Below are positions 24,018 to 34,989 of a stretch of 64,000 nt of DNA, piece by piece; position 1 is the first letter of the stretch; every line of letters begins with the position of its first letter. The notes beneath the pieces were generated by a model. The model did no database searches. It worked only from the letters and a program-made list of their open reading frames with translations, and had not been told where the DNA came from. The stretch is from Lama glama. Taxonomy: Eukaryota. Position numbers and translations under genes: made by a program. The stretch is taken from assembly GCA_028534125.1 (NCBI GenBank), contig CM052818.1, forward strand, positions 3,350,001-3,414,000, written 5' to 3'.

Positions 24018-26879
24018 CTGGAGAAAAGCAATTAAAAAAAAAAAAACAAGAGAAAGGATATATTAAGTACCTTTTCAGAGCTGGATCCCACAGACACACT
24101 TAAGCAGCAAGATTTATTTAAGAATGAGGTCCAGAATGAGAGAATTTTCAGATACTGATGATATCCCATGAGCTCCCAAGCATTATAGCTCTGTTCACAT
24201 TTTCATAGTCACACATAAGCAATTAAACCAATATTCAAACCAATAGACACTGAGGGTATATGTATTATGTACAAGGCATGCTGTGAAGTAGGGTAGCAGA
24301 TCCTCACCTTTTCTGGTCAAAGAATTCTTCAAAACCAAATACAAGTTATGGGATATTTTCCCTAGAAAAATTCATTCACAAAAATTTAACTTATGACCTT
24401 AGCTCATGGCATGCTCAAATCAGTCACCATTCATAGCTAAATCCCATTTCTTGCACAGGCCTTGCAATTTTGATTTTTAAATCAAGAATCAGAGTACAAA
24501 ATAACAGCCACTAATGTAGTGTCACTTGTATCTCGGACTTTCTATTTCATTCATTCCTTTATGGGTCTTTTGATTCAGCCAAGTAAACTCACCACTTTCT
24601 GTTCCTTGTGCCTGAATTGCACCCCCCCCCGCCCCCGTCCAATCTTCAACCATCTGGTTCTTATCCATCCTTCAAGGCCCAAATCAAATGATCCAGCTGC
24701 CAGGAAGCGCCATCTTCTCTGACTCCCACAGGATGCTAACTGTGCTCTCCTCACAACACCCTCCACTTTCCACTCTGCGTCATCACAATGTATACACACA
24801 ATGCAATTTCCCACGAGACGGCAAACTCGTACAGAGCTTGATGGAGGGATACGGGTGTGAGTGACCTTTGCATTCTCACGTCCTAGGCTACTGCATTTGC
24901 AGGTGCTCAGAAAGTGACTGTTACAAGTATGAACACTGTAATAGTGGGGTGTATGTATCTCCTTGAATTAATTCTTATTTTGTGGTTGGCTTTATTCCTT
25001 TGATAACTATGTAAGTTTAAAAAGTGAAAGCTCTAAACATTCTTAGAAACAATGAGCAGTACATATACACAAATTAAAAAAAGGTGTAGTATATTGTGTA
25101 TATGTATTTACATGCAGTATATCGTATATGTGCAGTCAAACTGTAACAATTCTACCTAATCAAACTGAAAAAAAAACTTTTCTTGTATGAATATTCTTTA
25201 TTAATCTGTCAGAAAAAAACACTTAAAGGGCTTGGGAAATAAAATCTTTTTTTTCTCATTCATATCTCTAAACTTTATTCATCATACAAGGTCTATTTAA
25301 AATTGATGTATTAAATAAATGTGTATTGCATTGTTACAAAAAAAAAAATATGACCACTGCTGGTTAATGACATCATGCGGTCACATGCATGTACACACAG
25401 GTAGCCCTCTCCCAGCATTACCCATGGGAGTGAGTGCCCCCTATCCATGCAGCATACCTATCAGATCCCTGTGTTAGCACAAAAAAAAGATTCTTACCCA
25501 CTGGCATGCACAAGTGAGGTGCATATTTGAAGGTAAGCTAAAACAAATATATTTGGTCTTCCTTTTCTGTTTCTGTTTTCAATGTATTTTGGGGGAGAGG
25601 GGAATACTGGGTAAATTCCTGAAGTTCAATTCCTAAAGGCTTACTGATTTTTGAAAACTATTTGCAGAGTTGTATATTATTAGCCCTATTCTCATTTACA
25701 TGCTGGGATAGAAAATTATCCATTAATAAACAGAAGCAAACTTTGAAACTTTCTAGAATGTCAAAATAGAAGGGAAAAAAAGTGACTACATTGACATATG
25801 AACAGGTTCCACTATAGGTAAATGGTGAACTATCACCAGTTACACATTACCAAAAAATACAAATGAGCTAGAAATTCTATAACTCATAGTCATGAAGCCA
25901 ACTGCATACAAATTAAATTAACATCCTTGCAGATGCCATTAAAAAAACAACCGACATCAATTCTCATGGTACTCCATAATTTTAATGGGATCTATAAATC
26001 CTCACCTAATTTTTCCTTTATAAACAAACATCTTCAGCACAGACTACATTTAAAAGTGTAGTGTAGCTTCATCTTTACATCTGCTTCTCAAGAATTTCAA
26101 ACATAACATCAGGCAATGGTAAAACCAAAAAAGAAAAGAAAAGAATTCTAATAAGGTCCTCCCCTATTCTTCGAAAAATAATAAAATTTAGTTGTCTTAT
26201 TTTGGAGATATTTTTATTCACCTAATATGTGTATTAATAAACCAGTTCATTTATAAAATACTCTTGGAATAACATATAAGGATTTGGTATATTCAAGGAA
26301 AAACCCCTGATACATAAACTGTATTAAATTCTAAAATGGGATTCACATAACCATTTGTGAGAACAAGAGCTCATTCTTAATTTTCTCACCTCAAAACGTT
26401 AGTTGTGCCTCGGTACTCCTCTTAGGTCATACACTGTCATTAAAAACAAAAACAAAAACCATGCAAGCCCTACACAATCACATCAGTTAGAAAGAAACTC
26501 TTACAGCGTCTGATGTTACCCTACTTCATTCACAACTCAATGGCATACAATATTAGGGGCAGTGGATTATTTTTGACAACTTGCCTCAAAAATTTCAATT
26601 TCCATTTGCAAAATTAAATGGACTTAAAATTCTATAAAAGAAAGCTTTAAAATTCTATTTTCTCTCTCTGCACACACTCTCCCTGTCTATCCTTACTAGC
26701 TTCCTCTCTATCTTCCCTTCTCTTTTTCAGTTTCCTCTTTCTCCAGGTCTTCCCTTTGCCCTATTCCTCTTTCTCCCCCATCTCCCTATCTCGCTCCCAC
26801 TTCCCTCCCTCTAATCGCTCTCTTCAGCTCCCTCTCCACAAACCCTCCCTCCCTTCCTTATTCACTCCAATATTATGAT

Positions 26880-27620
26880 CAGGGCTAGAGACTATTCACC
26901 CTTCCTTCAACCCCTCTTCTGAGCTAGGACATACGTATGCAGCTACGCAAGGCCGTCTTTATCTGGCAGCTGCATTTCTTTCTGTTTCACAGCACTTCCC
27001 TTTCCTATAATCCTTGCTTGATTAACCACATCTTTCAGCCTGACACCTCAGAGTCATCACTGACTGCTCACCTGTACTCCCACCACCACTAACTCTGGCT
27101 CCTGATGGTCCTCAATATTCCAGCCCCTCTTCTCAGTTCAGGCCTTCACCACTTTCACTGCACAGTTCGGCAGTTCTCCCAGCCTCCCACTTGTCCTCCA
27201 CGATGCTCCAGGTCATCACTCTAAAACACACATATAATCTGTCACTTCCTTGCTTAAAAATCATTGCTTCCTCTCCTCATCACCTAAAGAATCAACTCTA
27301 AATTCCTCAGCATGGCTAAGGGTTTCGAAAGCCTTGTGATTTGCCTCCCACCTCTATTTCTAGCCTTAGTCGTAGTCACCAGCCCATCAGCACCCTTTCC
27401 CTAGTCACTGAATTTGAAATTCCCACCATACACTATGGCATATTCATGCCCACATGGCATTTTCATGAGCTCTTCCTTCTACTTCAAATGATCTTCTTCC
27501 TCTTCTTTGTCTGACCAACTCTACTGGCCCTTTAAGATCGAACTCAAACATCCCAGGCAAATACTCTCTGAGTTCCAATGGCTGCTCACCACTTCCTTCC
27601 CTTTGCTTTTGGATCCCTTC
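26880..27620 (+). mobile_element. L2 fragment preceded by a C/T-rich low-complexity tract (26660-26860)
   Basis: L2-like motifs tctaaaacacacatataatctgtcacttccttgcttaaaa. Confidence 0.6.
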
Positions 27621-27768
27621 ACACAAATAGTTACTACTTTCGAACTGCATAAATTTGTATCAGTGGAAGAAATTACAAGTGATAATAAAAAAAAAACAGG
27701 GAAAAATGGGATGGTCATGATAGATTAATTCAAATAAGAATACTTCACTGGCTACATGTTTCACTTAC

Positions 27769-27848
27769 CTTTGTGGAGTCAAAGGAGGCAAACCCCATTA
27801 ACTTCATCATTTCTATTTCTTCTTCGGTTTTGCCCTCTAAGTCTTCCT
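27769..27848 (-). CDS. SNRNP27: SNRNP27 exon 4 (80 nt; [27 protein letters not shown])
   Basis: GTTGTAG acceptor, AAG|GTAAGT donor, conserved [10 protein letters not shown] motif. Confidence 0.98.
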
Positions 27849-28419
27849 CTACAACAATAAGTGATAAATTTTTAAACATTGTCCTTCTATATACATAAAA
27901 AGAGGTGATAATAGATTAATAGTCATTCCACCTTATCAGCAGAGAATATACAAAATAATTAGCTAAAGACTTGAGTTTAATGAAAGAAACTCTTCAATTT
28001 GGACAGAATGTAACTTTAGGTGCAAGGAAGGATTGTGCTCTCCATCCTCCGTTAAGAGACGGCTAAAAATGACAGGCTTGGAGCCTTGAGGCAGGCCCAC
28101 CTCTAACATCAGACATGAAACAAGTTTTGAAGATACTTTCAAAGTAGAATATTCTCATGTTTTAAACTGTCCTTTCCATATCAGGAGCACTAGATAACCA
28201 GCAACTAAGGTACAATTAAAACAAAATCTCAAAACCATACACAATAAACACTACAAAAAAATGTAATACTTAAATGCTCAAAAAGTATACTTTATAATTT
28301 TATAAGTTATTATATTTTATATTATTATATATAATTATTTTGTTATGGTAATGCTATTTTACTGAAGTTATTGAAACAAGGCTATACCCTTCCTATAGTT
28401 ATTTATCTAGTAGCATTAC

Positions 28420-28532
28420 CAGTAATCTGACGTTCTTTGCTCTTTGTTTCTTTTGTTTCTTTCTTCTCCTCATCTCTTCTTTCTTTCAGTCGAGAAGGGG
28501 AAGGAGATGTGGATCTATGTCGTCTTGGGGAT
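28420..28532 (-). CDS. SNRNP27: SNRNP27 exon 3 (113 nt; [37 protein letters not shown])
   Basis: TGTTAG acceptor, CTG|GTAATG donor, in frame. Confidence 0.97.
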
Positions 28533-28864
28533 CTAACATTTAATATGTAAAGATGTCAGAAACAGAGGCATACCTGACGACTTGTGCTGATGAGCACAGA
28601 TATACGTGAACACCCGGAAGGTAAAGGCTGAACAAAAGCCAAGCTCTAGAGAACCAGGAGTTTGTTCTCCAAAGATGAATGAGGAAGAAGGTTCTGCCAA
28701 GGCCCTGATTATTAACAAAAAATTATTTATCTTTTAATCATCAGTTACGTTCAGTATAGTTAGGGCTAAAAGATTTTTTTGTAGCGCAGAAAAAGTAATG
28801 AAAGTTTCTAACAACTGCACACAAATGCACAAAGTATGTCTGATGCTTATTAAGAATCGGAGTC

Positions 28865-29254
28865 CACACTTACACGTGGATTCTAAAAAATACAACAAAC
28901 TTGTGAATATAGCAGAAAAGAAACAGGCTCACAGATGCAGAGAAGGAACTAGTGGTTACCAGTGGGGAGAGGGAAGAGGGAGGGAGAAGAGGGAGGGACA
29001 AGATGGAGGTCGAGGATCAAGAGGTACAAACTATCAGGTATAAAATAAGCTACAAGGATGGGCTGTACAACATGGGAAATACAGCGCATATTTTATAATA
29101 ACTATAAATGGAGTATAACCTTTAAAAATTGTAAATTACTATATTGTGTTCCTGTAACATATAATACTGTACATCAACTATACTTCAATTTAAAAATGAT
29201 ATTATAAAATAGAAGCATAAACAAACAAATAAAAGATGCTGCTCAAAAAAGAAA
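28865..29254 (+). mobile_element. 5'-truncated L1 3' end with TSD
   Basis: L1 3'UTR and A-rich tail. TSD aagaatcggagtc (28852-28864) / aagaatcagagtc (29255-29267). Confidence 0.85.
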
Positions 29255-29652
29255 AAGAATCAGAGTCGATTTCTAAAATTCTTTCTAGATCTCACATTCT
29301 TGATTACATACTTGAATAAACTGTTAGCACCAAAAGTTAATAAAAAGCAAAGAGGAAAATACAAAACACTTATTGTTTTACTCTTGCCAAGCTAAGTGCT
29401 TTTCATGTCTTATTTCTTATTTACTCTTTAAGGCAACTCTACTATGTAGAGCGTTACTGACCAATCATTTTCTGATATGGTAATGTTATTTTACCAACGG
29501 GAATGTTAGGGTTGGAATAAAGTGGGATTACATTACCCTCATTTCATGAAATTGTAAATCTCTTTACTAGTGATAAAAACAAAGTTAAGGACAGTGACTG
29601 CGTAGCTGCTTTGAGACTTCTGGAAAAATTTCTGGTTATTTTTTGCACTTAC

Positions 29653-29773
29653 CTGGATCGTCTTCTGTGTGGGGATCGAGAGCGGCTTCTTCTCCGATCT
29701 CTCTCTCGGGACCGGGACCTCTCTCGGCGCCTGCGTTCTCTCTCCCGGGATGTGGACCGGGACCGCCTACGTT
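29653..29773 (-). CDS. SNRNP27: SNRNP27 exon 2 (121 nt; RS domain)
   Basis: [46 protein letters not shown] acceptor, CAG|GTAAGT donor. Confidence 0.98.
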
Positions 29774-29824
29774 CTAACACAAAAACACACAAAATTGCAG
29801 AGCTGAAAATTATCTCAAACATCT

Positions 29825-30120
29825 AGGCTGCCCCGTCTAACAGAAATGTAATTCGAGCCATTTCTAATTGTCACACTAAAAGAGTGAAAAGAAACAGATG
29901 AAATTAATTTTAACAGTGTATGTTATTTGACCCAATATACCAAACCATTATCATTTCAACATGTACTCATTATAAAAAAAATTAATGAGATGTTTTATTC
30001 CTTTTTTTCCCCTGTACCAAATCAAGTAAATCTGGCATGTATTCTATACTTAAATGGCACTTCTCAATTCGGACTGAGAACATTTTAAGTGTTCAATAGC
30101 CATATGTGGCCAGCGGGCTC
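29825..30120. mobile_element. MER33/MER3-like hAT-Charlie element
   Basis: atatacc...ttatcatttcaacatgt...ttctcaattcggact...ttcaatagccatatgtggcc. Confidence 0.7.
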
Positions 30121-30409
30121 ATTTAACTTTTAAGATCAAATTTGATTAGTTGAAAGTGAAAAAACCAACCAGGTGGCAGAATCGAGGGTCTAAGTGAGAT
30201 CTCCCAATCAAAGTTCTGGGTTCTCTACTTTTCACTGCCCCTGTTATGAGCTGGGGGCCAGAGACGTTATGAAGTGACTCCCTGGATGCCAACTCCTGAA
30301 TAGAGATTTTCCTACTATAAACTGGGAAGGAAACACTGAGTATTTAAGAACCAGACAGCATCACATGCTGAGGGTTATGCAGTGTGGCATCACTTCAGAC
30401 ATTAGTTTT

Positions 30410-31165
30410 GTTTTTTTTAAATTAAATTAACAAACTATATTTACTTAAGGCAGTTTTAGATATACAGAAAAATTGAGCTAGTATTACAATGAATTCCCAT
30501 AGACTCTCACTCCATCTCAGTCTTCCATGTTATTAACATCTTCCATTAGTGTGGTACATTTGTTACAATTGGTGAGCCAATATTGTTAACATTATTTTTT
30601 GTTCTGCTAAAAAATTTTTTTTAAAAAATAGTTTTCATTTTTTAGAGGGGTAAGTAATTACGTTAATTAATTAATTAATTTTTATTATTTATTTGATGGA
30701 GGCTCTGGGGATTGAACCCATGACCTCCTGCATACTAAGGATGTGCTCTACCACTGAGCTATACCCTCCTCCTAAAAAATTTTATTTATTAAACTATAGT
30801 TGATTTACAATTTTGTGTTAGTTTCAGGTGTGTAAAGTGATTCACTTATATTTCAGTTGTCTACATACATATATATATTTTCAGATTCTTTCCCATTTTG
30901 TTTTATTACAGGATATTGAACATAGTTCCCTGTGCTATACAGTAGGTCCTTGTTGTTTATATATAGTAGTTTGTATCTGCTAATCCCAAATTCCTAATTT
31001 ATCCCTGCCGCGAACCTTTTTCTCCTCTGGTAACCGTAAATTTGTTTGCTGTCTGTGAGTCTATTTCTGTTTTGTAAATAAGCTCATTTGTATGATTTTT
31101 TAAAAAAAAGATTCTACACATAAGTGATATATGACATCTGTCTTTCTCTGACTTACCTCACTTAG
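30410..31165 (-). mobile_element. Two reverse L1 3'-end fragments (~30410-30600 and ~30775-31165) with a SINE between them
   Basis: tgtggtacatttgttacaattggtgagccaatatt; tatagttgatttacaat...atagttccctgtgctatacagtaggtcc. Confidence 0.8.
30619..30771 (-). mobile_element. tRNA-derived SINE (Vic-1-like)
   Basis: Reverse of gggtatagctcagtggtagagcac...gggttcaatcccc. TSD-like ctaaaaaatttt on both sides. Confidence 0.88.
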
Positions 31166-31369
31166 TTCACATTTGTTTTTAAAGGTGGGTAGTATTACCT
31201 CCAATGTCTAATTACGGGAATTCGGCGAAGAAAGGTTGGATGACTTACACACGGTCACTCGGAAACTGAGGGAACCGTACAACAAAATTTACTGAATGAG
31301 GCTGACAAAGAGTCGTCCAAACCCTAATTTAGGGGGAAAAACTGCCTTTAAACTGGAGAGCTGAAGACG

Positions 31370-31810
31370 TGCAGGGCCCACGTCTTCGTTTCCCGATCCA
31401 CCCCGCTCTTCTCCTCAGGATAAAAAGGTCCCCCTCTCCGCCACCCTTGTACAGATTAAAAAAAAGCTGGGGATGCGTCTCCGACCGAGGCCCACAGCCT
31501 CAGAACTGTTTCTGGACTCACCCCTCCGCGGGGAACGGCTGCGGCTGCGACCCATTCGGATTCCTCCTCCACCTCACGCCCCGGAAACGACTGTGCAACA
31601 ACTTCCGGGAGGGCCTGGAATCCGTTTTGACCGCCGACTGGAAAATGTCGGAACTACTCGCCAGGGTTCCGGCTTCTAAAGAAGGGGGGCGGCGCTGAGC
31701 TTGCCCAGAATCAAGCGGCCCCGCCCCGATGCTGCCTTTTCTAAGCCCAGAGACTCCGTTAAGGGCAGAGTTACCTACTCTCTCTGCTCTTCCAGCCCCA
31801 CTTTCGCGAT
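31370..31810. promoter_or_regulatory. SNRNP27: SNRNP27 CpG-rich housekeeping promoter
   Basis: ETS-type CCGGAA/TTCCGG motifs (~31581, 31603, 31667) and a GC box at ~31718. No TATA box seen. Confidence 0.85.
31522..31555 (-). CDS. SNRNP27: SNRNP27 (U4/U6.U5 tri-snRNP 27K) exon 1 coding part (MGRSRSRSPRR)
   Basis: ATG at 31555. Donor GGG|GTGAGT. Confidence 0.98.
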
Positions 31811-31989
31811 GGCTTCCCCATCATTTGTGTCCACGGTGGGCATTAAAATGTACTGCCTGATGTTATAGAAATGTCTGGAAAAAGCCATGTATAAACCACC
31901 CTAACACAGTTCTCATTTCCCCCCGTTTTTCTTTCCATTTGTCTTGTCCACATGCATAAAATATTTCTTATTAAACCAATTCTAAACAT

Positions 31990-32440
31990 AGCATACGCAA
32001 ACAGTTTAAGTCCACACGGGGAAACACGAGTGTGGGTCAGGAGGCGGAGAGAGCAAGGGGAAAGAAAGCATGGATGAGTGCTTTCATTGAGTTTTGTGGG
32101 AGGGAGGAGCAAAGGCAGGGAAGCAGGCAAAGCAGATATAAACTTGATAAGTTCGAATAATTTCAGCGGGCCTTGGGATGTAGGGGATGTCCAGAGCTGT
32201 TGGTACCTGACCCTGGGGTCATTAGGGCAGAGGAATAATGCCTTGGCTATTGAGTTTGATGAAGGAGGTGGCTGGAGAGTATGGGCTTTCCACTGTCTGG
32301 TTTGCATATGAAAGTCACACTCAGAAGGGGAGTAATTTGCTATTTCTGGGAAATAGCGAGCCCTGGGAAGGGCAGTCTCAGCAAAGTTCCAGATGTCAAA
32401 ACATCAGAAATAAAACTTAAAAAGGCATAATTAATGCACA
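31990..32440. mobile_element. Solo LTR, ERVL-like (MER76/MER77 type)
   Basis: Resembles the recalled consensus (aataatttcagcgggcc...ggtacctgaccctgggg...ggtttgcatatgaaag...agatgtcaaaacatcagaaata). Confidence 0.55.
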
Positions 32441-32444
32441 ATTA

Positions 32445-33440
32445 CTAATACAAATATTTATTGCACACCTATGTACCAGAGGACTAATCCGTGAAAAAGA
32501 CAGAAGTCTGCTCTTGAGTAGCTTGCAATCCAGTGAGGGACACAAACAAGTAAACAGGGTTATGATGCACTCATAGGGGAAGAGCAAGATATCATGATTG
32601 CTCAAAAAACGAGGACCTAACTGGTTTGAGGGGGAGGGTTGTCAAGAAGTTTCCAGGAGGAAACGATGTCCAAACAAGACCTTAAAGATGAGCAGAAATT
32701 AGCCAGGTGAAACGTGGTGGCTTTTGTGGTGGGGACAGGTGGAAGAGATTGTCCAGGCAGAGAAGACTGCATGTGTCAGGGCAAGAGGCAATGTCCCTCG
32801 AGGACATGCTAAAAGCAGAGAACTAAAGAAAAGAAGTATGGCAGCCACCTAGGGAGCACGGAGTGAAAACGTCAAGACAAGGCTAGAAGCCTTGTAAGCT
32901 ATGGTGGACAGCAGTCCTAAGGCAAACACAATAGAGAGCCTTTGAAGGGTTTTGAGGATGGGAGGCAATCACATCTGAGTATATTTAGAGAACACTGGGT
33001 AATGTGGAGACTTGATGAGAGGGGGAAAACTGAGTGTGAGGTCAGAGAAGTTTTAAGAGGAGGCTGCTTTTTAAGCAGAACAAAGCGGTCAATTTTAAAT
33101 ATTAAAAGTAATGGAAAAAACCACATCTAGCCTATAGGATTTAGCAACAAAGTCTGTTGACTCAGGAAGTCTTAGCGGGATTGAGTATATGTATGGCTTT
33201 TGCAGTGGAGACAGAATTTGCAGAACCCTCCTGAGAAGTCCGGCCTGATGCAGGGCAAAATGCAATGGAGGGAAGTAAATGTGTAAAGTTTTTTGAAGAT
33301 GGGAGAAACTTAAGCACATTTAAATACTGGTGTAAACGAGTCAGTATGGCGGGGGGTTGAGGGGAGTAAAGTACAGAAGAGAAAGAGAAAAACCAAAGAA
33401 GTAAATTTCCTAAAGGAACAGTCCTGAGATTAACTTTAGC
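32445..33440 (-). mobile_element. L2 fragment
   Basis: Reverse L2 end caaatatttattgcacacctatgtaccag with a purine-rich body. Confidence 0.65.
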
Positions 33441-34269
33441 CAGGAAAAGAAATGGTGTATCTCCAAATGGCTCCTTCCCCTTTAAGATGTGTAATAAAAA
33501 TTGTGTTCGCCCAGGGCTTTATTTACTGATCAAGTTGCCCTCTCTCAGGATGTAGATTATCTAGCACTGTACATCTTCACTGTATCTGGAAGAAAAATCC
33601 TCCCTGTTTCCAACACATGGCTTGAGGGTCCCTCATTCTAATGGCCATTTTAATGGATTCTTTGTAGGGTAGGGTAAGGGTACGGTCAATACTTGTGATC
33701 ACGTTTGTAAGTTTCCTCCCCAACTAGATAGTAATTTTTCAATAAAGGCGAACTGTAAAGTATGTATGTACTTAGCATAGAATCAACATTAATCCTCTAT
33801 TTCCCTGCAAATATACCATCTCTAGCCTTGGTTAAATTTTGTTTTACCTTTTGCAAGACAATTTTAAATAAATTCAGCAGCCTTTACAAAAGTATCCTAC
33901 TTTATCACTACAAATGGATGCGTGTGTTGAGTCAGTTATTTCCCCCCTCGAAGTAGCCTGACCACTAGGTAACAGTTGCTGATGATGTTTGAAGTTTTGT
34001 TTGTTTGTCTGTTTTGCTTTTTTATGCCTGTACAAGGACCTTGGGAAGAATCTCTGTGGTTGGGAGGAAACTGTCCTATGACCTCTGTTTTTTAATTTAG
34101 TCAAGTGGCTTAGGTCCACATTCAACATATCATTTGAAATTATGATTCAACGTTATCATTTCAGGTGACTGGCAAGTTATCTATCGTCTCTTGCACCCCT
34201 GGCTCACATGGGTTCATCTTTAAGGGAATATAACTTCTGACATAGTTTCAGTGTTAACAGTCTAATATT

Positions 34270-34460
34270 CTAGATCAACTCTGTTTGATAGAATTTTGCA
34301 ATGATTGAAATATTCTATATGTGCACTGCCCAATACAGTAGTCACTGGTTACATGTGGTTAAACACAATGTATCTAGTGTTTGAGGAAGTACATTTTAAA
34401 TTTTATTTAATTTTAATTAACTTAAATTTAGATAGCCACAATGACTCTTGGTAACCCTAT
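34270..34460. mobile_element. MER3-like hAT element
   Basis: atagaattttgcaatgattgaaatattctatatgtgcactgcccaatacagtagtcact...aaatttagatagccaca. Confidence 0.75.
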
Positions 34461-34640
34461 TTTTGCATTTGATGTTGAAAATTGTTCACTAATAGTGGCA
34501 ATCAAGCCTACTGAAAGACTTGAAATGTGATAAAGTGTTGGCTGCGAAACACTTGGTAAGAAAGCGAGTGACTACCATTGTTCATTTAGTTTTGCCTACC
34601 TTGCTAAGTTCCAAGCCAAATCTATTTAAAAAAAAAAAAT

Positions 34641-34760
34641 AGGAGGGAGGGTATAGCTCAGGGGTAGGGCACATGCTTAGCATGCACAAGGTCCTGGTTC
34701 AATCCCCAGTACCTCCATTTTAAAAAAATTAAATAAACTTAATTACTGCCCTCCCCTCAA
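34641..34760 (+). mobile_element. tRNA-derived SINE (Vic-1-like)
   Basis: gggtatagctcaggggtagggcacatgcttagcatgcacaaggtcctggttcaatcccc, followed by an aattac tail. Confidence 0.85.
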
Positions 34761-34989
34761 GGAAAGGTACACTCATATCCCTCTTTAATTATTCAGCATG
34801 GAACTCTAGATCATTTTCTCTTAAGGACCTTCTCTTTACTGATAGCCAAATAAAAGTAATTATTAGTGGGTAAATACTGTTTTCTAGCTCTTGCAGCTTA
34901 AAAAAAGACTTAAAAAAAGAAGGCAGAAGCTGACAAACACAAAAGCTTTCATATAACAGTTTTTATGATACTTCCGCTGCACTTTAAAT

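Noticed and set aside
29611..29826. Plus-strand R/D/L/S-rich ORF
   Set aside because: Antisense shadow of SNRNP27 exon 2.
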